DNA of 64,000 nt from Smithellaceae bacterium (GTDB lineage: Bacteria; Desulfobacterota; Syntrophia; Syntrophales; Smithellaceae): positions 792,840 to 856,839 of the forward strand of contig CAXXLA010000005.1 of the NCBI GenBank assembly GCA_963663295.2, given 5' to 3'. The translations under genes were made by a program, and so were the position numbers. Positions 38,168 through 47,906 of the stretch are shown here, piece after piece (positions within the stretch are counted from its first letter, which is position 1; each line of letters starts with the position of its first letter). Under the pieces are notes generated by a model. That model worked only from the letters and a program-made list of their open reading frames with translations. It searched no databases and was not told the origin of the DNA.

Positions 38168-41100
38168 CAGGTATCGGTATATCCGGAAAGATCGCCAAGG
38201 CCTTTATCCGATCAAAACTGACACCCCTGTTGGTCATCGCCGCCTTTCTGATGGGCATCTTTGCTGTTTTTGTGACGCCAAGGGAAGAAGAGCCTCAGAT
38301 TGTTGTTCCCATGGTGGATGTGTATGTCAGTTATCCGGGAGCAACACCCAGGGAAGTTGAAGAGAGGGTCACCATCCCGATGGAAAAGCTTCTCTGGGAG
38401 ATCAAGGGGGTTGAGTATGTTTATTCAATCGTCAAAGCCGGATTTAATGTCACCATTGTCCGCTTTTATGTCGGCGAGAAGATGGAAGACTCGCTGGTCA
38501 AGCTATACAATAAATTGATGTCCAACTATGACATCATCCCCCCGGGTGTTTCCCAGCCGATGGTTAAGCCCAAGTCTATTGACGATGTACCTGTTCTGTC
38601 CCTCACGCTCTGGAGCAATCAGTCCCGTTACACGGGCTATGAATTGCGTCGCATCGCCATGGAGCTTTGCGGGGAGCTGAAAAAAGACGCCAATGTATCG
38701 CAATTCTCAATCATTGGCGGCCAGCGACGCCAGGTGCGCCTGACCATCGACCCGCAACGCCTGCGGGCATATAACCTGTCGGCAATTCAGATCATGAACA
38801 ACCTTGCTGAGGCCAATGTGATTATTCCCTCGGGCTCTTTCCCTGCCGGAAACAGGGAGACCATTGTAGAAACGGGCAGCTTTTTAAAGAATGCCCAGGA
38901 TGTTGGTCAGCTTGTTGTGCATGTGTATAATGGTCGCCCCGTTTATCTTCGGGACGTGGCTCGGATAACGGATGGACCGGCTGAACCGGCCAACTATGTA
39001 TTTATGGGACTGGGTCCTGCTGCCGCTGAGAAAGGGCTTAAAGGCGATCCCGCCTCTCAGTCTGAAGCTGTAACCATTGCTATTGCTAAACAAAAGGGAG
39101 CCAATGCCAGCCTTGTAGCCGAGGAGGCGCTGAAAAAAGTAGCTGCGCTGAAGGGCCAGTTGATTCCATCGGAGGTCCAGGTGACCGTCACGCGCAATTA
39201 TGGAGAAACGGCCAAAGATAAATCAGATGAACTGCTGGAGCATATGCTCATTGCCACAATTTCCGTGATTATACTCATCGCCTTGTTTCTGGGATGGAGG
39301 GAATCCATTGTTGTGGCAGTGGCTGTGCCCGTGACCCTTTCACTGACCCTCCTGATAAACTATCTCTATGGCTATACACTCAACCGTGTGACTCTTTTCG
39401 CGCTGATTTTTTCCATAGGCATCCTTGTCGATGACGCCATTGTTGTTGTGGAAAATATCAACCGTCATTTCCGGATGCATAAGATTGAACCGTTCACGGC
39501 AGTGATGGCTGTGGACGAAGTCGGCAATCCGACTATTCTGGCTACATTTACAGTCATCGCCGCCTTACTGCCGATGGCTTTTGTTTCCGGCCTCATGGGA
39601 CCTTACATGCGGCCGATACCTGTGGGAGCATCGGCCGCGATGTTGTTTTCCTTGCTCGTTGCTTTTATCGTCAGCCCATGGCTGGCTTATATTGTTTTGA
39701 ATAATGCCCGCCGCAAAGACGGTGGGAAACATGAAGAGGAAAAATTTACGGGCTTGTATGAAAAATTTCTCGGTCCTTTGATAGACGTGCGTAAGAAACG
39801 CTTTATCGTTTTTGCTGTTGTCGGCGGAATGCTTTTACTGGTCATTGTTCTGGTGCCTCTGAAGCAAGTAACCATGAAAATGCTCCCCTTTGATAACAAG
39901 AGTGAACTGCAGGTCATAATTGATATGCCTGCCGGTAAAACACTTGAAGAAACTGCCGCTGCAACGCGCGAGCTTTCCGAATATCTAAAAACGGTTCCGG
40001 AAGTGACCGATTATCAGGCTTACGTGGGAACTACCGCGCCATACAATTTCAATGGACTTGTTCGCCATTACTTCCTGCGCACAGGAAGCAATGTTGCCGA
40101 TATTCAGGTTAATTTCGTAGCCAAGAATAAACGTAAGCTGCAAAGCCACGATATTGCCAAGAGTCTGCGACCTGAGCTGAAACGTATCGGGGAACGATAC
40201 GGAACCCGGATTAAGATTGCGGAACTTCCACCGGGGCCGCCTGTTTTGAGTACGCTGGTAGCGGAAATCTATGGGCCGGAAACATCCCGGCAGATCGCAA
40301 TAGCACAACAGGTTCGCGGTATCTTTGAAAAAACCGATGGCGTTGTTGATGTGGACTGGTTCGTTGAAGATGATCAACGCAAAATTACGTTTGCTGTGGA
40401 CAGGGAAAAAGCTGAGGCCAGCGGAATAACAACTCAATCCATTGCCCGCAGTTTACAGATAGCCTTGGGCGGCAGTGTTGCCGGTCTGGTCCATATAGAC
40501 AGGGAAAAAGAACCGGTAGACATATTCCTGCAGATGCCTTTGTCACAGAGGGCAAATATTGACACTCTGCAAACGATGATGATTCCATCATCATCAGGTC
40601 GACTTGTTTCTCTCGCCGAGCTTGTAAGGATTAAGGAAGGACTGGAAGATAAAACTATTTACCACAAGAATCTTAAGAAAGTGACCTATGTTATCGGTGA
40701 CGTTGCGGGAACTGAAGAGAGTCCCGTTTACGCGATCTTGAAGATGAAAGATGCTATTGCCAGGTTGAATCTGAAGGAAGGCTATGAATTGAAGCAGTAT
40801 TTGTCGGTTCAACCGTGGCTGGAAAACCGTTATGCCATGAAGTGGGACGGAGAATGGCACATCACCTATGAGGTCTTCCGGGACCTTGGTGTCGCCTTTG
40901 CCGCGGTGCTTGTCATTATCTATATTTTAGTCGTGGCGTGGTTCCGCAGCTTTGTCACCCCGCTTGTAATTATGGCGCCTATTCCTCTCACGCTCGTGGG
41001 GATTCTACCGGCACACTGGCTCTTGGGCGCTTTTTTTACAGCTACATCCATGATCGGTTTCATTGCATTGGCAGGCATTGTTGTGCGTAATTCCATCCTG

Positions 41101-41403
41101 CTCGTTGATTTTATCCAGATGGAATGGCGCGAAAAAGGTGAACTGCGTCAGGCGCTGATTCGAGCAGGGGCTGTCCGTTTCCGGCCCATAGTGCTTACAG
41201 CGGCGGCAGTAGTCGTCGGCTCGTTTGTCATGCTTTTTGACCCCATTTTTCAGGGATTGGCCATCTCCATGATGTTTGGGGCCGTGGCCTCAACGCTCCT
41301 TACTCTGATCGTTGTGCCCTTGCTCTACTATGAGTTTTTTAAAAACAGACCTTATCCGGATGAAGCAAAGAAGGAAAAGGAGAGTGCAATCGATATTACA
41401 TAA
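38164..41403 (+). CDS. RND efflux permease (AcrB/CzcA superfamily)
   Basis: 1079 aa with 12-TM pseudo-repeat architecture. [14 protein letters not shown] motif. Confidence 0.9.
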   Translation: MTGIGISGKIAKAFIRSKLTPLLVIAAFLMGIFAVFVTPREEEPQIVVPMVDVYVSYPGATPREVEERVTIPMEKLLWEIKGVEYVYSIVKAGFNVTIVRFYVGEKMEDSLVKLYNKLMSNYDIIPPGVSQPMVKPKSIDDVPVLSLTLWSNQSRYTGYELRRIAMELCGELKKDANVSQFSIIGGQRRQVRLTIDPQRLRAYNLSAIQIMNNLAEANVIIPSGSFPAGNRETIVETGSFLKNAQDVGQLVVHVYNGRPVYLRDVARITDGPAEPANYVFMGLGPAAAEKGLKGDPASQSEAVTIAIAKQKGANASLVAEEALKKVAALKGQLIPSEVQVTVTRNYGETAKDKSDELLEHMLIATISVIILIALFLGWRESIVVAVAVPVTLSLTLLINYLYGYTLNRVTLFALIFSIGILVDDAIVVVENINRHFRMHKIEPFTAVMAVDEVGNPTILATFTVIAALLPMAFVSGLMGPYMRPIPVGASAAMLFSLLVAFIVSPWLAYIVLNNARRKDGGKHEEEKFTGLYEKFLGPLIDVRKKRFIVFAVVGGMLLLVIVLVPLKQVTMKMLPFDNKSELQVIIDMPAGKTLEETAAATRELSEYLKTVPEVTDYQAYVGTTAPYNFNGLVRHYFLRTGSNVADIQVNFVAKNKRKLQSHDIAKSLRPELKRIGERYGTRIKIAELPPGPPVLSTLVAEIYGPETSRQIAIAQQVRGIFEKTDGVVDVDWFVEDDQRKITFAVDREKAEASGITTQSIARSLQIALGGSVAGLVHIDREKEPVDIFLQMPLSQRANIDTLQTMMIPSSSGRLVSLAELVRIKEGLEDKTIYHKNLKKVTYVIGDVAGTEESPVYAILKMKDAIARLNLKEGYELKQYLSVQPWLENRYAMKWDGEWHITYEVFRDLGVAFAAVLVIIYILVVAWFRSFVTPLVIMAPIPLTLVGILPAHWLLGAFFTATSMIGFIALAGIVVRNSILLVDFIQMEWREKGELRQALIRAGAVRFRPIVLTAAAVVVGSFVMLFDPIFQGLAISMMFGAVASTLLTLIVVPLLYYEFFKNRPYPDEAKKEKESAIDIT

Positions 41404-41590
41404 TATTTATTCCGTTTCTGCAAAGACCAGCAGATTATTGCTGACTCTTTGAAGATAAGTAAAGATTATAATTACAAAATTAAATCAGCATTGAAGTGAT
41501 TAGCAGTCAGGCTTCCAAGGCCGTCAGGTTTTGCTTGAGAAATATGTCTATTGCGTGTTAGCTACTTCAAAAAAAAGCAGAAACTGGAAA

Positions 41591-42748
41591 ATGCGCAAAA
41601 TTATCAGCCGCTATATTTTTAAAGAAATCAGCATTCCTTTTGTTATCATTTTGTTCGTTTTAACATTCGTCCTGTTGATGGGGAAAATACTCCAGATCAT
41701 GGATCTAATGGTCAACAAAGGGATCGGCATTTTTGTTATCGCCAAAATCATTGTTTTTCTCCTGCCCTCTTTTATGGTCTTTACAATACCAATCGCCCTC
41801 TTAATCGCTATTCTGATGGCTATGGGCAGGCTTTCCGCAGACAATGAAATAACTGTATTCAGAGCTTCCGGCGTCAGCTTAATGCAGCTTTATCGCCCCG
41901 TGGCCGCGGCATCCCTGATAACTTTTCTTTTGACCTTTGTCATCAGCTATTATCTTGTTCCGCAAACTAATTTTGCGACAAAACGCCTGCTTTTCGATAT
42001 TGCCCAGCAAAATGCCGGCATAGGCATCAAGGAAAAAGTTTTCAATGATGACTTCAAGGGGATGGTTCTTTATGCAGAAAAAATTCCCATTGACGGCGAC
42101 CACATGGAAGGCGTTATCATCTCCGACAGCCGCTTTCCCGATAAACCCAATACCATCATCGCCAAAAAGGCATTTCTTGTTTCCGATCCGGCATCATTCA
42201 CCGTAAAGCTGCGCCTGGAAGACGGCGCCGTTCATACAGTCAGCCCCGACCTTAAAAATTACCGCAAAATTGATTTTAAGACCTATGACATTAACCTTGA
42301 TCTATCCAATTCTCTGGCCAATACCGGAGAAGCCGCCAAGAGCAGCAAAGATATGACCATGTATGAACTTTTGGATAAAAGGAAAACACCCGGATTGGAC
42401 AAGGTGTTGAAGCGTGAATTATCTATCGAATTACACAAAAAATTTTCCATACCGCTTTCCTGCATCTTCTTTGCCATCATCGCCCTGCCCCTGGGAATAA
42501 AAAGCCACAGGGCGGTAAAATCACGCGGCTTTGCCGTGGGCATTATCATCGTTTCTCTATATTACCTGCTGCGCCTGGGTGGTGAAGCTTTAGCGGAAAC
42601 CGGCAGGCTGTCTCCTGAAATCGGTGTCTGGATGCCGAATTTTATCTTTGCCGTTATTGGAATCTATTTGTTTTATATGGCCTACAATGAAATATCCCTC
42701 TGGCACGTGATAAAAATCCGCCTTTGGCATAATAAGTTAACAAATTGA
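41591..42748 (+). CDS. lptF: LPS export ABC permease LptF (YjgP/YjgQ family)
   Basis: MRKIISRYIFKEISIPF N-terminus. Paired with a second YjgP/YjgQ gene. Confidence 0.8.
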   Translation: MRKIISRYIFKEISIPFVIILFVLTFVLLMGKILQIMDLMVNKGIGIFVIAKIIVFLLPSFMVFTIPIALLIAILMAMGRLSADNEITVFRASGVSLMQLYRPVAAASLITFLLTFVISYYLVPQTNFATKRLLFDIAQQNAGIGIKEKVFNDDFKGMVLYAEKIPIDGDHMEGVIISDSRFPDKPNTIIAKKAFLVSDPASFTVKLRLEDGAVHTVSPDLKNYRKIDFKTYDINLDLSNSLANTGEAAKSSKDMTMYELLDKRKTPGLDKVLKRELSIELHKKFSIPLSCIFFAIIALPLGIKSHRAVKSRGFAVGIIIVSLYYLLRLGGEALAETGRLSPEIGVWMPNFIFAVIGIYLFYMAYNEISLWHVIKIRLWHNKLTN

Positions 42749-42757
42749 GGTTGTACT

Positions 42758-43837
42758 TTGAGACTGCTGGATAAATACATAATAAAAGAATATGCACGAT
42801 TCTTCGCCATTACGATCGTATCTTTGATTGCCCTTTTTCTCATCGTGGATTTTTTTGAAAAAGTTCGCATGTTTCTCAGCAATCATGCCTCCATTGTCCA
42901 GATGGCGTCCTATTTCTTATTTTCCATCCCGATGATCATTTCTCTGATGCTGCCGGCTGCCGTGCTTTTGACGACATTAATGACTTTCAGCAGTCTGTCC
43001 AAATTCAGTGAAATTATTGCGATGAAAGCCAACGGCATCAGCCTCTATCGTATATCTGCTCCAGTGCTGGCTTTTGCCGCAGTCATCGCCGTGGCCTTGT
43101 TTTTTTTCAGCGAGCTTGTCGCACCGCCGGCGGCACAAAAGGCAAGAAATATTGTTAAGGTGGAGGTGCAAAAACAAAAAACACCGGGCGCCTTTAAGCA
43201 AAATGAGCTTTGGTATCATGGTGATAACGCCATCTATAATTTTAAAATGTTTGACGTTACCAAAGATACTTTGAGGGGCATAGTCATAAACTATATCAAT
43301 CACGATTTCAAATTACAAAGGCGAGTTGATGCGGAGAAAGCCGAATGGAAAAACGGTCAGTGGGTTTTTTATAATTTAATGATAACTAACTTTGACGCTG
43401 CTGATACCCCTGTTCTGGAATGGTCTAAAGAAAAGGTTATCCCTCTGCCGGAAAAACCGGATGATTTTAAGATAATGCAGAATGATGCGGAAAAAATGGG
43501 ATACTTTGATCTCAGGAAATATGTCGGAAAACTTCAGGCGGAAGGCTATGATGCTTCAAGGTATATGGTCGATCTGCATGGAAAACTGGCCTTCCCTTTG
43601 GTAACATTAATCCTGGTTTTAATCGGGATTTCCTTTTCGACCCGCTCGGAACGACAGGGAGGTGTGATGCAAAGCGTCGGAATCGGCATCATGGTTGGTT
43701 TTTCCTACTGGATAGTCCATGCCTTCAGCATGTCCCTGGGACGCTCGGGAATATTGCCGGCAATTCTTTCCGCCTGGATCACCAACATAATCTTCCTTGC
43801 CGTCGGGGCAACATTATTTTTCCGGACACGCACATAA
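42758..43837 (+). CDS. lptG: LPS export ABC permease LptG (YjgP/YjgQ family)
   Basis: TTG start. LLDKYIIKEYARFF N-terminus and a 6-TM layout with a periplasmic beta-jellyroll insert. Confidence 0.8.
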   Translation: MRLLDKYIIKEYARFFAITIVSLIALFLIVDFFEKVRMFLSNHASIVQMASYFLFSIPMIISLMLPAAVLLTTLMTFSSLSKFSEIIAMKANGISLYRISAPVLAFAAVIAVALFFFSELVAPPAAQKARNIVKVEVQKQKTPGAFKQNELWYHGDNAIYNFKMFDVTKDTLRGIVINYINHDFKLQRRVDAEKAEWKNGQWVFYNLMITNFDAADTPVLEWSKEKVIPLPEKPDDFKIMQNDAEKMGYFDLRKYVGKLQAEGYDASRYMVDLHGKLAFPLVTLILVLIGISFSTRSERQGGVMQSVGIGIMVGFSYWIVHAFSMSLGRSGILPAILSAWITNIIFLAVGATLFFRTRT

Positions 43838-43852
43838 AAAGCTACGTGTGAT

Positions 43853-44011
43853 GGACTCGTAAAAAGTCGCGAAATTAACAATTTTCGGACGACATCGTAA
43901 AAAGGTCGCAGGCAAGGCGCGCGAATACTGAGGAATGAGGCGTACTTAACGTACGCCGCAATGACAAGGGATGAAGCGCAACGCAGCATCCGGCCTTTTT
44001 ACGATGTCGTC
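43853..44011 (+). repeat. R1 structured repeat, copy b (core 43888-44011 plus partial duplicated left arm)
   Basis: GACGACATCGTAAAAAGG...CCTTTTTACGATGTCGTC arms and central hairpin GGCGTAC-TTAAC-GTACGCC. Its last bases supply the TGA stop of the minus-strand glycosyltransferase gene. Confidence 0.85.
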
Positions 44012-45083
44012 ACGCGAGGCTTGCAAACAGATTCATATACCTTTTTGCCATATGAACGTCGGTAAAGTTTTCATAGTAGCGACCCAGCGCCCCGCAGACC
44101 ATTTCTTCGATCGTATTAATATCGGCACCTAACCAATCATTAAATGCCCGGCGAAATGCGCCATAGGTTTCATCTTCTGCATAAAAAGCATAGTCCCCGA
44201 GAATTTCGACCAATCCCCCGACACGATTGCAGACAACAGGAATTCCGCGCGCCGCCGCTTCCAGTGCCACCATCCCGAATGGTTCATAGGTGGAAGGAAT
44301 GGCCAGGACATCGATCTCGTTATAAAACGACTCCAGCCTTTCCCCGCCGCACCATCCCAGATATTGAACGCGATCATTAAGATTTAATTGGTGCAGCAAG
44401 TCACGGGCATAAGAGCTGAATCCCCTGCCGGCAATCAGGGCACGATATTCTTCCATGCCTTCTTCGGCAATCATCATCGGTATATATTCCGGACGCTTCC
44501 GTGGAACAAGACGGCCGCAAAAGCCGATGATTTTGTTGTTTCTCCTTTTCCCGATTTGGCAGGGAGCTTTAAGACCGTTATGGACAACGGAAACACTGGA
44601 ATTTATCTTGTGATAGCCATATCGGTAATAGTCTTCCAGTTCCGCCTGGGAAACCAGAACTACCTTATCGCAAGCAGAGATAAGATATTCCTGTTGCCTT
44701 ATGGAACCGGTTAAATCGACACCATTTGATTCGGCCTCGCAGATAAGCAAAGAATGGATGGTGTAGATGACTTTTTTGTCAATCAGATAATCATGAAAGC
44801 TCGAATCATGCTGATAGGAATGGACATTGATCACGGGGGCGCGGAACATCTCGATTTCTTCATAAGAGCCGACGGCAACGTTGCTGTGTCCCGTCATAAC
44901 TCTTTCAATTTCCGCATCGCTGTAGTTATGATCTATAAGAAACCAGAGGACATTCACCCCCGCAGAGGAAAAACCGCTCGCCATATTCTCAATTACGCTG
45001 CCTACACCGCCGCGGCGATTAACCGGCATTTCGTTGGTGACAACAATAGCATCATATTTGTCTGTTACTCCATTGATTATCAT
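44010..45083 (-). CDS. GT4-family (GT-B fold) glycosyltransferase
   Basis: Nucleotide-sugar-binding motif STYEPFGMVALEAAARGIPVV (EX7E). 357 aa. Its ATG overlaps the upstream stop (ATGA). Confidence 0.8.
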   Translation of the reverse strand: MIINGVTDKYDAIVVTNEMPVNRRGGVGSVIENMASGFSSAGVNVLWFLIDHNYSDAEIERVMTGHSNVAVGSYEEIEMFRAPVINVHSYQHDSSFHDYLIDKKVIYTIHSLLICEAESNGVDLTGSIRQQEYLISACDKVVLVSQAELEDYYRYGYHKINSSVSVVHNGLKAPCQIGKRRNNKIIGFCGRLVPRKRPEYIPMMIAEEGMEEYRALIAGRGFSSYARDLLHQLNLNDRVQYLGWCGGERLESFYNEIDVLAIPSTYEPFGMVALEAAARGIPVVCNRVGGLVEILGDYAFYAEDETYGAFRRAFNDWLGADINTIEEMVCGALGRYYENFTDVHMAKRYMNLFASLA

Positions 45084-45568
45084 GGGTGATAAATTTCTCC
45101 CGCTCCTTTGTCCAGAACGCCGATTATTTCAATCGTCCGGCATTCCACAGGATAGTCTTCCGGCTGTTCCCATTGCCCATTGACCTGACCGGCAAAAAAG
45201 ATTCCGGCCAGGCATTCGTGTAAATCGGGGTTGCAATCCTCCACCTGAAAATTATGCACAATAACAATTCTGCTCACTACCACAGGCAGAATATTGATAT
45301 CAATCTTCAGAGGAAGCGGATTTATGTAGATTAATTTATGCCTGGCGATTTTGAACGGAGGAATGATTAGTGTGGAATTATCAATGCTCAATAGTTTGTA
45401 CAGCTCGGTTGCCGTCACAAAAGGAATATCTGTTGTCCGCGGCACGGGCAAAGATTCATCGCAACCGAACAGCTGGCTGGAGGATTGAAAATTATAAGCA
45501 TAATATGCATAACCTGATGCATGATTAGTCATGAAGAAAAATGCCTCAATCTTTCGACTATAATTCAA
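45080..45568 (-). CDS. hypothetical protein (middle gene of the three-gene operon)
   Basis: 162-aa ORF from a TTG start. The ATG at 45532 (150 aa) is a more likely start. No motif recognised. Confidence 0.5.
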   Translation of the reverse strand: MNYSRKIEAFFFMTNHASGYAYYAYNFQSSSQLFGCDESLPVPRTTDIPFVTATELYKLLSIDNSTLIIPPFKIARHKLIYINPLPLKIDINILPVVVSRIVIVHNFQVEDCNPDLHECLAGIFFAGQVNGQWEQPEDYPVECRTIEIIGVLDKGAGEIYHP

Positions 45569-46487
45569 TATCCTTTTTTACAGCATAACGCATTATCGAA
45601 GGCTTATAATCATCGGAGTCGTCCTGCCCGATAGAAAGCACCAGCGCATGAAATAAATCAAATTCATTTTTATAAACTATGTCCTTGATTTTCTTCAGAC
45701 CGTCAATAACATACGGGGGAACTTTCTTTTCGGCAAGCTCGGCCAGAGTTTCATCCGTTATAGAGTATTCGGTTCTTTTTACCTGTAAATTGCCGCTGAG
45801 AAATTCAATCAATGATTCCAAAGATGATTCAATATTCTCCAGGTGATCTTCGAGTTTTTTATCGATGTCTTTGTAAAAATCAATAAGACGGTTAAACCAT
45901 ACCGCCTCTTCACTGCTTATGGCTTCCGTGAAATTCCGGTAGTTTTTGATCGTGCCGTCTTCGTTGATTAAGTAGCGCCCGAGCGAATCCTGAATTGCTT
46001 CCCAGATGCCGAATTTGCCGCCGATGGAGAACCGGACGTCGGCGATGCGATAAAGCAGATCTTTGTTGTCACCCGAGCTCAACTGGATGAAAGGGAATTC
46101 CCGGCGGATTTTGCTGGCGTAAGAAAAATAAACCGCCGTGATGTACAGGGTGGAGACGGCAAAATAACCTTCGTCATTAGCCCAGAAGGCAAACGAACTT
46201 TTATCCGCCTTGCTGTCTGTCTTGACTTTGTTAAACCATTGCATCATCCGGATTCTTTCCTGCTCGTTCATCCGGCGTCTTCTGATATCGGTTATCCGCT
46301 CCAGCAAATCCTGGGCGGCAACAAGCAGCGGCTGCAAATATTTTATCCGGATACGCTCATTTTCTTTTTCTTTATCGATGTCGAATTGCTTTTTTAACTT
46401 TTGGTTGGTCGTAATTACTGCAATGATGATACTGAAGACGCAACTGATTAGCCCAGGAACAACTAATTTCTCGATAATTTGATCCAT
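45558..46487 (-). CDS. hypothetical membrane-anchored protein (N-terminal TM, helical cytoplasmic body)
   Basis: Start moved to MDQIIEKLVVPGLISCVFSIIIAVITT, because the first ATG at 46514 lies about 10 nt after the -10 box. No motif recognised. Confidence 0.55.
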   Translation of the reverse strand: MDQIIEKLVVPGLISCVFSIIIAVITTNQKLKKQFDIDKEKENERIRIKYLQPLLVAAQDLLERITDIRRRRMNEQERIRMMQWFNKVKTDSKADKSSFAFWANDEGYFAVSTLYITAVYFSYASKIRREFPFIQLSSGDNKDLLYRIADVRFSIGGKFGIWEAIQDSLGRYLINEDGTIKNYRNFTEAISSEEAVWFNRLIDFYKDIDKKLEDHLENIESSLESLIEFLSGNLQVKRTEYSITDETLAELAEKKVPPYVIDGLKKIKDIVYKNEFDLFHALVLSIGQDDSDDYKPSIMRYAVKKDIEL

Positions 46488-46523
46488 GGTGTTATCACCC
46501 CGGCATGAATACATTTTTCGAAA

Positions 46524-46553
46524 ATTATAATTAAAACAGCAACTTCATGTCAA
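46524..46553 (-). promoter_or_regulatory. near-consensus sigma-70 promoter of the three-gene operon
   Basis: On the minus strand: TTGACA (46553-46548), 18-nt spacer, TATAAT (46529-46524). Confidence 0.6.
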
Positions 46554-46706
46554 GGTAAAAATGGTTTTTTATGCCAATGACATCCTTATATTCATCTGAC
46601 CTTCAGCCCTTCGTCCAATACCTTTAGAGCAATAGTAGTGTTATTTAAGTTTTCAGAGAGCAATTGTCAAGATTAAAGATTCGACCCCTATTCACCGCTA
46701 TTCACC

Positions 46707-46760
46707 TACTGTTGAGCTGCCGTTTTTGGGAGCGGAAATTGTATTTATGCAATTATCCGT
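46707..46760 (-). repeat. conserved junction block, copy A (box plus imperfect palindrome)
   Basis: Plus strand: TACTGTTGAGCTGCCGTTTTTGGGAGCGGAAATTGTATTTATGCAATTATCCG. It aligns with 47839-47892 over about 50 nt. Confidence 0.75.
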
Positions 46761-46825
46761 GCCAAAAACCAAGCGTAGCGAGAGCTCGTGTTAGCGAGCG
46801 GTTCATTTATCGACGTTATGCGAAT

Positions 46826-47284
46826 TTATGGTTCGTATTGTTGCCAAAACGCCATCACAGCCTTTGCCAAATCTATGGCATTAATTTGCCTACCAAAAGT
46901 ATTGGACGCATCGCCATCTAAGGAGATTACAAGTTTTTCACCCCAGACACCTTTTTTCCATACACCATTAGCCCAGCCCCCCTTTGCCCAAACTCCCCCG
47001 GAAATATCGGAATCTTTTACCGATGTATGTTTTTTGCTGGTCGGCTTAAAATGCTTTGCACCAACTGCCAAATGCTCACAAATTTGTAAAACAACATTTG
47101 AATCCCTAATTGTCTTTTGAGTAGATTTATCCCCTGGATATGCCCACTCAAGAAGGTGCCAAGCCGTTACAAAAAAATTAAAAGCAATATCCGAATTAAT
47201 TTGATCATTTTCAAAAGCCAAATACTCTCTTTTTAGCTTTGAATATAAATCTTTAGCTGTTTTTAGTTCGAAGATACCTGACAT
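46826..47284 (-). CDS. hypothetical protein (cassette-like small ORF)
   Basis: 152 aa with RBS AAGGAA. Trp/Gly-rich repeat GGVWAKGGWANGVWKKGVWGEK. No family recognised. Confidence 0.55.
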   Translation of the reverse strand: MSGIFELKTAKDLYSKLKREYLAFENDQINSDIAFNFFVTAWHLLEWAYPGDKSTQKTIRDSNVVLQICEHLAVGAKHFKPTSKKHTSVKDSDISGGVWAKGGWANGVWKKGVWGEKLVISLDGDASNTFGRQINAIDLAKAVMAFWQQYEP

Positions 47285-47305
47285 ATTCCTTTGAATTCAT
47301 ATACA

Positions 47306-47323
47306 TCGCTGTTGAGCTGCCGT
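47306..47323 (-). repeat. conserved junction box, copy B (box only)
   Basis: TCGCTGTTGAGCTGCCGT is identical to 47839-47856. It lies 21 nt upstream of the 152-aa ORF start. Confidence 0.75.
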
Positions 47324-47341
47324 ACCCTAGTGCGGGGTCTG

Positions 47342-47446
47342 CTCTAACGGCCTTGATAGGCGGAGCGCGAGCGGAGCCGGTAAGGCCAGGGAGGCGAAAC
47401 CGACTGAAGCGTATCCGTTTGAGCCGCGTGTCAGGCCGTGTTAGAT
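47342..47446. repeat. attC-like imperfect inverted repeat (105 nt)
   Basis: CTCTAAC-GGCCT...AGGCC-GT-GTTAGAT. The ends resemble RYYYAAC / GTTRRRY boxes. The arms pair for about 20 bp with a 2-nt bulge. It lies directly after the cupin stop codon. Confidence 0.4.
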
Positions 47447-47459
47447 GTCGGGCCGGCGC

Positions 47460-47804
47460 TTACTCTTGCCTGACTATATCGACCGAGATCTCCACCGCCG
47501 GAATCGTGCCTCTGTTCTCAAGCCAGTGTATGGTGTTCCTATCCTCTGGCCAGCCCACTCCCGGTCCATAGTCCGTAGCGACTCCATTTCGATGGTCAGT
47601 AATCGTTCCTTGCAGTATGTATACGGTGCCTGGTCTGTCTTTATGGTCGTGAATCGGGCCGAAGACGCCTCCAGAATCGATGGTCACCATACGCATTCGA
47701 AGTTGCCGCCCTGCCATGCCCTCGATCTCAGGTCCAAGGTCAACCGTTGCAAGTAACTTCACCGTAACACCTTTCGTCTCAGGTGCCACCTGTTCGTTGC
47801 TCAT
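47460..47804 (-). CDS. cupin-domain protein (cassette-like small ORF)
   Basis: GVFGPIHDHKDRPGTVYILQGTI...TIHWLENRG is a cupin beta-barrel pattern. Start moved to MSNEQ after GAGAGGAGAG. Confidence 0.75.
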   Translation of the reverse strand: MSNEQVAPETKGVTVKLLATVDLGPEIEGMAGRQLRMRMVTIDSGGVFGPIHDHKDRPGTVYILQGTITDHRNGVATDYGPGVGWPEDRNTIHWLENRGTIPAVEISVDIVRQE

Positions 47805-47838
47805 CGTGCTCTCCTCTCTGTGCTTCCAGCTCCTGACG

Positions 47839-47892
47839 TCGCTGTTGAGCTGCCGTTTTGGGGAGCGAAAATGGCATTTATGCAATTTCCGC
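47839..47892 (-). repeat. conserved junction block, copy C (box plus imperfect palindrome)
   Basis: TCGCTGTTGAGCTGCCGTTTTGGGGAGCGAAAATGGCATTTATGCAATTTCCGCC. The palindrome GGCGGAAATTGCAT-AA-ATGCCATTTTCGCTCC is read on the minus strand. Confidence 0.75.
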
Positions 47893-47906
47893 CTCGGATG
47901 TCCATC

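Noticed and set aside
47353-47756. Plus-strand ORFs of 72 aa (47353-47571) and 103 aa (47445-47756) over the attC-like element and the cupin gene
   Set aside because: The minus strand encodes a clear cupin fold with a strong RBS. The plus-strand ORFs are Arg/Ser-rich and one runs through the structured repeat.
47839-47892. Junction blocks A and C as canonical integron attC sites
   Set aside because: GTTGAGC fits GTTRRRY, but there is no complementary RYYYAAC partner within the intergenic space on either strand. The hairpin bases do not carry R boxes. Only element B (47342-47446) resembles attC.
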